32,000 nt of DNA, from positions 360,001 through 392,000 of the forward strand of contig NZ_AP024987.1 of assembly GCF_020885515.1 (NCBI RefSeq). Reading direction: 5' to 3'. Below the pieces are notes generated by a model. It was not told where the DNA came from. It was given only the letters and a program-made list of their open reading frames with translations, and searched no databases. Below are positions 25,630 through 32,000 of the stretch, piece by piece. The position numbers and the translations under genes were made by a program. The stretch is from a cyanobacterium endosymbiont of Braarudosphaera bigelowii (GTDB lineage: Bacteria > Cyanobacteriota > Cyanobacteriia > Cyanobacteriales > Microcystaceae). Position 1 is the stretch's first letter, and every line of letters starts with the position of its first letter.

Positions 25630-28230
25630 TCATTTGACAAATACAAAATTAATTAATTTTTGAGGAACTATAATAATCTTTTTAATTTCTCTTTTGTCTA
25701 GCAAACGTTTACCAGTTTCTGAATTACGTACTAACTTTTCTAGCTCATCATTAGTAACACTTGCTGGAGCTTGAATAGTTCCTTTCGTTTTCCCCATAGC
25801 TTGAATTACTATAGTAACTTCATCTAAAATTAAAGCTTCATTATTAACTGTTGGCCATTTCTGTAGATGAATCGATTCTTTATACCCTAGATTATGCCAC
25901 AACTCTTCAGAAATATGAGGGGCAAAAGGTGACAGCAATATCAAGAGGGTGACTACACCTTCTTGATATATTGAAGAGTTAACATCTTTAAAATCATTAA
26001 GTATGTTACTTAACTTCATTAATTCTGCGACTGCCGTATTGAATTGATAATTTTCTTCTAAATCTTGAGATATATCTTTAATGATTGTATGGATAAAGCG
26101 TTTTAAATCTTTCTCGTCTTTAGTTAATATTTCATTTTTGACTATATTAACCCTATTTTTTATATGCGATCTGACTAGACGCCATACTCTATTTAAGAAG
26201 CGAAACTGTCCCTCAACATCTGAACTACTCCACTCTAAATCCTTTTCTGGAGGTGCTTTAAATAATATGAACATTCTAGCGGTATCTGCTCCATATTTTC
26301 CTAATACCTCTTGTGGGTCTACCCCATTATATTTAGATTTAGACATTTTCTCATAAAAAACTTCTAGAACATCTCCTGTACTAGGATCTATTGGATTTTC
26401 AGGATTTACTTGATTGAGAGGAATATATTTACCTGTTTTTAAATTTTTATATGTTATTCCTTGAACCATTCCTTGTGTTAGAAGATTTTGAAAAGGTTCA
26501 CTTACATCTATTAGTTTTTGATCTTTCAAAAATTTTGTAAAGAAGCGAGAATATAGAAGATGCAAGATTGCATGCTCAACTCCTCCCACATATTGATCTA
26601 CTGGCATCCAATAATTAACTTTATTAGAATTAAATATTTCTTGAGAGTTTGTAGAATCGGTATATCTTAAATAATACCAAGATGAATCAATAAATGTATC
26701 CATTGTATCTGTTTCGCGTTTTGCAGGGCTGCCACAGTTAGGACAGGTAACATTAACCCATTCTTCCAAACTAGCTAAAGGAGAACTTCCACGTCCAGTA
26801 AATTCTACGTCTTTTGGTAATTCTACTGGTAAATTAGAATCAGGAATAGCTACGCTACCACAGTTAGAGCAATGAATAATAGGAATGGGACAACCCCAAT
26901 AACGTTGGCGAGAAATTAACCAATCTCTTAATCGATATTGTATTTTAGCTTCTCCAATAGAATTTTTCTTTGCATACTCAGTAACAGCAGCTTTTGCATC
27001 TTCTGAAAGCATTCCGTTAAATTGTTTAGAATTAACTATAATACCTGTATCTACATAAGCTTCTTCCAAAGGTGACTGAGCAGTCTCCTTCAAATCAAAA
27101 TCTTTGGGAATAACAACAACTTTAATAGGTAGTTGATTTTCTTTAGCAAATTTAAAATCACGATTATCATGAGCTGGAACTCCCATCACTGCTCCTGTTC
27201 CATAATCAACAAGTACATAACTTGCTATAAATACAGGTATTTCTTCACCATTAAAAGGATTAATTACTTTTGCTCCTATAAAAATTCCTTTTAGTGGTTT
27301 ATTGTCTGCAGTACGCTCAATTTCACTTTCATTAATTATTTCTTCAATAAATTCTTTTATTTTTTCTTTATATTCTGACTTAGATATTTTTGGTACCAAA
27401 GGATTTTCTGGCGCTAAGACTAGGTATGTTACGCCGTGGATAGTATCAGGACGAGTAGTGAAAACAGATATACTTTCTTCAGTATCTTTTATAGGGAATT
27501 TTATATATGCTCCTAAAGACTTACCTATCCAATTTTCTTGCATTAGCTTCACACTTTCAGGCCACCCTTTTAAAGTGTCGAGATCATTCAACAAATGATC
27601 AGCGTAATCGGTAATTTTCAAGAACCATTGACATAAAAGCTTTTTTTCTACCTTAGCACCTGAACGCCAGGAATACCCTTCTGCATCTACTTGTTCATTT
27701 GCCAAAACAGTTTGATCAATAGGATCCCAATTAACAGTTGCTTCTTTTTGATAAGCTAATCCAGCTCTATAAAGTTTTAAAAATAACCATTGTGTCCATT
27801 TGTAATAATCAGGTGAACAAGTTGTTATTTCTCTTTCCCAATCTATAGATAGTCCTAATGTTTGAAGCTGTTGCCTCATTTTTGCAATATTTTTCTTTGT
27901 CCATTCTTCAGGAGAAATACCATTATCAATAGCCGCATTCTCAGCTGGAAGTCCAAAAGCATCCCATCCCATAGGATGTAAAACAGAATATCCTTGCAAT
28001 CTTTTAAAACGAGCAATTACGTCAGTAATCACGTAATTTCGTACATGGCCCATATGTAAATTACCAGAAGGATAAGGAAACATTGATAAAGCATAGAATT
28101 TTTGTCTTCTACTATTTTCTAAAGTTTTATCTAATCCTTGCGTAATCCATTCTTGTTGCCATTTCTTTTCAATTTCTGCTGGTTTATACTGAAATTCCAC
28201 TACTATTTCTTTATCATTAAAATTTATCAT
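25630..28230 (-). CDS. leuS: Leucyl-tRNA synthetase
   Basis: Up to 866 aa; [75 protein letters not shown]. Start may be GTG at 28200. Confidence 0.97.
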   Translation of the reverse strand: MINFNDKEIVVEFQYKPAEIEKKWQQEWITQGLDKTLENSRRQKFYALSMFPYPSGNLHMGHVRNYVITDVIARFKRLQGYSVLHPMGWDAFGLPAENAAIDNGISPEEWTKKNIAKMRQQLQTLGLSIDWEREITTCSPDYYKWTQWLFLKLYRAGLAYQKEATVNWDPIDQTVLANEQVDAEGYSWRSGAKVEKKLLCQWFLKITDYADHLLNDLDTLKGWPESVKLMQENWIGKSLGAYIKFPIKDTEESISVFTTRPDTIHGVTYLVLAPENPLVPKISKSEYKEKIKEFIEEIINESEIERTADNKPLKGIFIGAKVINPFNGEEIPVFIASYVLVDYGTGAVMGVPAHDNRDFKFAKENQLPIKVVVIPKDFDLKETAQSPLEEAYVDTGIIVNSKQFNGMLSEDAKAAVTEYAKKNSIGEAKIQYRLRDWLISRQRYWGCPIPIIHCSNCGSVAIPDSNLPVELPKDVEFTGRGSSPLASLEEWVNVTCPNCGSPAKRETDTMDTFIDSSWYYLRYTDSTNSQEIFNSNKVNYWMPVDQYVGGVEHAILHLLYSRFFTKFLKDQKLIDVSEPFQNLLTQGMVQGITYKNLKTGKYIPLNQVNPENPIDPSTGDVLEVFYEKMSKSKYNGVDPQEVLGKYGADTARMFILFKAPPEKDLEWSSSDVEGQFRFLNRVWRLVRSHIKNRVNIVKNEILTKDEKDLKRFIHTIIKDISQDLEENYQFNTAVAELMKLSNILNDFKDVNSSIYQEGVVTLLILLSPFAPHISEELWHNLGYKESIHLQKWPTVNNEALILDEVTIVIQAMGKTKGTIQAPASVTNDELEKLVRNSETGKRLLDKREIKKIIIVPQKLINFVFVK

Positions 28231-28609
28231 TGTTAATTATCTCTGATTTTTGGAACAATCTATAAAAATTTGGAATATCAATTTATCTATAATATTTTTT
28301 TTAAATTTTAAATCTATGCAATAACTTGATCAACATAGCTAGCTATAATAATACAAATGTTTTCTCCCTTATTATTAATATCCTATTTAAAAAATATTAG
28401 TAGTTAAAATATCCAACATGAAGTAATATATTTAATATCTTCTAAATTTTGGTTTGTAAACACCATCAATTAACTTTATATAAACATTAGTAATTTTTCT
28501 TTAAAAAAGTTACTAATGTTTATATCAAAAATTCTACAAGTCATTTACGAGTTTTTATCTTACAATGTAATTGAATTTTGATCTTTAATGGATTAATGTG
28601 TGATTTTGA

Positions 28610-31519
28610 GTGAAACAATTTTCAGATTCTCTTCAACTAAATATTAAAAACCTATTTCCGTTTCGGTTAGATAAATTTCAACAAGATTCTATTACTGCTT
28701 TAAATAAAGGAAAATCTGTCGTCATATGTGCTCCTACTGGTTCAGGTAAGACACTCATTGGCGAATATGCTATTTATCGTGCATTAAATCTTAAGCAAAG
28801 AGTTTTCTACACCACACCTCTCAAAGCTCTTTCTAATCAAAAATTCCGAGATTTTCGAGAAAAATTTGCTACCAAAAATGGAAAAATCAATGAAAGTATG
28901 GTGGGGTTAATTACAGGAGATACTGTACTAAATCCAAGTGCTTCTATTGTCATAATGACTACTGAAATATTCCGTAATATGCTTTATGAAACTCCTATAG
29001 GAGAGGTAGGAACATCGTTGGAAAATGTTGCTACAGTAGTTTTAGATGAGTGTCATTATATTAGTAATCGTGGTCGTGGAACAGTTTGGGAAGAATCTAT
29101 TATTTATTGTCCACCAAATATCCAATTAGTTGCTCTTTCTGCAACTATTGGTAATCCTCAAGAATTGACTGAATGGATTAATCAAGTACGAACATCTTTT
29201 TCTAATACAAATTCTGAAAAAAGTTTAATTAGCTTATGTAAACTAATTAACTCAGATTTTCGACCAGTACCTCTACGATTTTATTTTAGCCAACGGAATG
29301 GCTTGTTTCCTCTTTTAAATTCTGAGAAGTCTACTTTAAATCCACTTTTAAAATATCAAGTCTCAAAAGATAAACAAAAACGTGCTAAAAGGGGAGATTG
29401 TCCTGATCCCTTAACAGTTGTTAAACAGCTTTACCTAAGAAAGCTATTACCATCCATCTATATTATTTTTAGTCGTCGTGAATGTGATAAAGCTGTGCAA
29501 GCATTGCATAGTCTTATGCTTGTCTCTCCTGAAGAAGCCCATACATTGCAATATAACTTACTTATCTTTTTTTTGGCAGATAGTCCAAATCTACAAAAAA
29601 GTCTTTTAAAAATTATAGCCTTAGAAAATTTAACACTATATAAAGGATTAAAAGATTTTTTAAAAACTTTTTCAGCCCACTCTTTGTTATTTTCTTATCT
29701 AGCTAATAATAATGACTCTAAAATTTACTTATTTCAAGTACTTGCTGACTTATGTAATTTAGTTAGAGCAGATCAGCTTGAACCCTTAACAAGAGGCATT
29801 GCAGCTCATCATGCTGGTATTTTACCAGCATGGAAAGAATTAATAGAACAACTTTTTGAGGCAGGACTAGTTAAAGTAGTATTTGCTACAGCCACTTTAT
29901 CAGCAGGAATTAATATGCCTGCGAGAACGACAGTGATCTCTACTTTATCAAGACGTATAGATACTGGCCATAGCATGTTGACTTCCTCTGAATTTTTGCA
30001 GATTGCTGGTCGGGCAGGTCGTCGAGGAATGGACAAAGTAGGACATGTAGTAGTTGTTCAGACAATTTTTGAAGGACCAGCAGAAGCTGCTTATCTTGCT
30101 ACCTCACAATCTGAATCTCTTGAAAGTTGTTTTACACCTTCTTATGGTATGGTATTGAACTTATTGCAAAAGCATACAATTCAAGAAACAAAAGATCTTT
30201 TAGAAAAAAGTTTTGCTGAATATTTAGCTAAATTAAAATTAAGACCAGAACAACAGGAAATTATCTATTTAAATACAGAATTAAAAAAACTAGATATTCA
30301 GTTAAGAGATGTTAAAGAAAAAGATATCTTAAAGTATGAGACCATAAATACTTGTTTAAAAGAAGAAAAAAGACTTTTAAAGATCTTACATTATCAAAAC
30401 AAGAAGAAACGGAAAAAAGAAATCTCTACCCAGATAAAAAAACTAAGTCCAGGAGATTTACTATATCTTAAGAATCAGAAACTAAAACTTCCAACTTCTT
30501 GTTTAGCTACTGTTGTTACTTTGGTTTCTTTAGATCAAAATATTAACTTACTTTGCTTAGGGAATGATAATTACTGGTATTTAGTTAAACAAGAAGATAT
30601 TGCTAGTATTTGTAACCTTTCTTTACCTACTTTTTTAATAGATAAATTAAAACTTCCTGATATAGAACAACTCTCTTTTGGAAGGGGACCTAAAGGTGAT
30701 TGTACCTGTCTTGAAGTGCATCAAGCAATGAAGAAATACAAGCTTCATAGTATCATTCCACAAGAGATAAGTAATCAACAAAACAAAATTAATGATATTG
30801 AAAAATCTTTAAAAAGTGTTTTTTCTATTAATAGAAAAAACACTGCACAATTATTTAAATCTTATTATGAAAGACTAGAATTGAAAGAAAAATTATATTC
30901 TAAACAAATTAAATTTCAAAAATTACAATCTAATCGTTCATATTACTGGCAAGAATTTCTTAATTTAATAGAAGTTTTACGCGATCTTGGCGCTTTGGAA
31001 AACTATACTCCTACAGTATTGGGGCAAGCTACTGCTACCCTTCGGGGAGAAAATGAGTTGTGGTTAGGAATAGTATTCATGTCAGGAATATTGGATAATT
31101 TACATTCTCATCATTTAGCAGGATTAGTTAGTGCAATGATTACAGAAACGTTACGTCCTGACACTTGGACAAATTATTTACCATCCCCAGAGGTACTAAG
31201 TATACTTAGCAGCTCTGAAGATAATACGATTAATATTAATAAAATTTATGATTTATTAAATAAAGTACAAAAACGTTATCAAATAACAATTCCTATTTAC
31301 TTAGAGTTAAAACTAATAGGGTTAGTAGAGGGATGGGCTTTAGGAGAAGATTGGCAAGATTTATGTAAAAATACCAGCTTGGATGAAGGGGATTTAGTAC
31401 GTTTGCTAAGACGCACAATTGATTTATTATCTCAAATACCTCATACACCAGGTCTCTCTATTTCTTTAATTCAAAATGCAGAGAAAGCAGTAATTCAATT
31501 AAAAAGATTTCCTGTATAA
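28610..31519 (+). CDS. DExH-box RNA helicase, Ski2/Mtr4-like (cyanobacterial/ISE2-type)
   Basis: 969 aa; CAPTGSGKTLIGEYAIYRAL, TTPLKALSNQKFRDF, GLITGDTVLNPSASIVIMTTEI, VVLDECHYISNRGRGTVWEE, ALSATIGN, HHAGILPAWKELIEQLF, FLQIAGRAGRRGMDKVGHVVV, plus C-terminal DSHCT-like region. Confidence 0.92.
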   Translation: MKQFSDSLQLNIKNLFPFRLDKFQQDSITALNKGKSVVICAPTGSGKTLIGEYAIYRALNLKQRVFYTTPLKALSNQKFRDFREKFATKNGKINESMVGLITGDTVLNPSASIVIMTTEIFRNMLYETPIGEVGTSLENVATVVLDECHYISNRGRGTVWEESIIYCPPNIQLVALSATIGNPQELTEWINQVRTSFSNTNSEKSLISLCKLINSDFRPVPLRFYFSQRNGLFPLLNSEKSTLNPLLKYQVSKDKQKRAKRGDCPDPLTVVKQLYLRKLLPSIYIIFSRRECDKAVQALHSLMLVSPEEAHTLQYNLLIFFLADSPNLQKSLLKIIALENLTLYKGLKDFLKTFSAHSLLFSYLANNNDSKIYLFQVLADLCNLVRADQLEPLTRGIAAHHAGILPAWKELIEQLFEAGLVKVVFATATLSAGINMPARTTVISTLSRRIDTGHSMLTSSEFLQIAGRAGRRGMDKVGHVVVVQTIFEGPAEAAYLATSQSESLESCFTPSYGMVLNLLQKHTIQETKDLLEKSFAEYLAKLKLRPEQQEIIYLNTELKKLDIQLRDVKEKDILKYETINTCLKEEKRLLKILHYQNKKKRKKEISTQIKKLSPGDLLYLKNQKLKLPTSCLATVVTLVSLDQNINLLCLGNDNYWYLVKQEDIASICNLSLPTFLIDKLKLPDIEQLSFGRGPKGDCTCLEVHQAMKKYKLHSIIPQEISNQQNKINDIEKSLKSVFSINRKNTAQLFKSYYERLELKEKLYSKQIKFQKLQSNRSYYWQEFLNLIEVLRDLGALENYTPTVLGQATATLRGENELWLGIVFMSGILDNLHSHHLAGLVSAMITETLRPDTWTNYLPSPEVLSILSSSEDNTININKIYDLLNKVQKRYQITIPIYLELKLIGLVEGWALGEDWQDLCKNTSLDEGDLVRLLRRTIDLLSQIPHTPGLSISLIQNAEKAVIQLKRFPV

Positions 31520-31554
31520 ATTCAAGAAAGTATATTTTCATAGTCTCTTCAGTT

Positions 31555-32000
31555 TTAATAAGGATGAAAATATTTATAAATCTCTTTCGCTAAAGAATAG
31601 CCTATCCCTGGAACTTTTTTTAAATCCTCAATAGAAGCTTCTCTAATATAATCAACGGAGTGAAAAAACAAAAGAAGTTCTTTTTGCCTTCGAAGTCCTA
31701 AACCAGATATATTATCTAATTGAGAAGAAAGACTTTGCTTAATACGTCGTTGACGATGATAGTTAATAGCAAAACGGTGTGCTTCATCTCTGATTTTTCT
31801 TAATAACTTTAAACCTGGCTGTTCTGAATCAGTTATTAAAGAGTCAGTATTTCCTGGCAGAAATATTTCTTCGTGTTTTTTTGCTAAGCTAATAACTTTT
31901 AATAAAGGAAAAAGTTTCATGTCTTTTAAAACTTTCACTACTGTAGAAAGTTGCCCTTTACCACCATCAATTAGAATTAAGTTTGGGTAATCTTCTAATT
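31555..32000 (-). CDS. uvrC: Excinuclease ABC subunit C (C-terminal part; 5' portion beyond window)
   Basis: Frame continues past the listed Met to the window edge: [27 protein letters not shown]...[12 protein letters not shown]...[21 protein letters not shown]...C-terminal helix-hairpin-helix ([16 protein letters not shown] / [16 protein letters not shown]). Confidence 0.95.
   Translation of the reverse strand, partial: LEDYPNLILIDGGKGQLSTVVKVLKDMKLFPLLKVISLAKKHEEIFLPGNTDSLITDSEQPGLKLLRKIRDEAHRFAINYHRQRRIKQSLSSQLDNISGLGLRRQKELLLFFHSVDYIREASIEDLKKVPGIGYSLAKEIYKYFHPY

Overview
Low-GC cyanobacterial chromosomal segment. Gene content and the 16S/23S sequence are consistent with the UCYN-A / Candidatus Atelocyanobacterium thalassa - Crocosphaera lineage; this assignment is inference and no search was run. 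The window holds one rRNA operon on the minus strand (16S - tRNA-Ile(GAU) - 23S - 5S) with a near-consensus promoter, pre-rRNA processing stems and a perfect 18-bp terminator hairpin. Around it are housekeeping and metabolic genes: a PotD-like solute-binding protein (partial), a TRAP substrate-binding protein, chlI, gloA, menG/ubiE, a DUF445 membrane protein, an OmpR-family response regulator, a monothiol glutaredoxin and BolA pair, a TPR-like protein, an RNB exoribonuclease, dxr, asnS, a PRC-barrel protein, gap1-type GAPDH, pgk, leuS, a Ski2-like helicase and uvrC (partial). I found no CRISPR array, transposase, phage module, BGC or defence island, and no convincing new multigene system. The most noteworthy non-coding signals are two overlapping, mutually exclusive long perfect hairpins (23 bp and 32 bp) in the spacer at 14609-14687, several long perfect hairpins near gene ends, and a 1-kb ORF-poor gap upstream of gap1. 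The RNB exoribonuclease lacks N-terminal OB/cold-shock domains and has a probable degenerate dsRBD at its C terminus.
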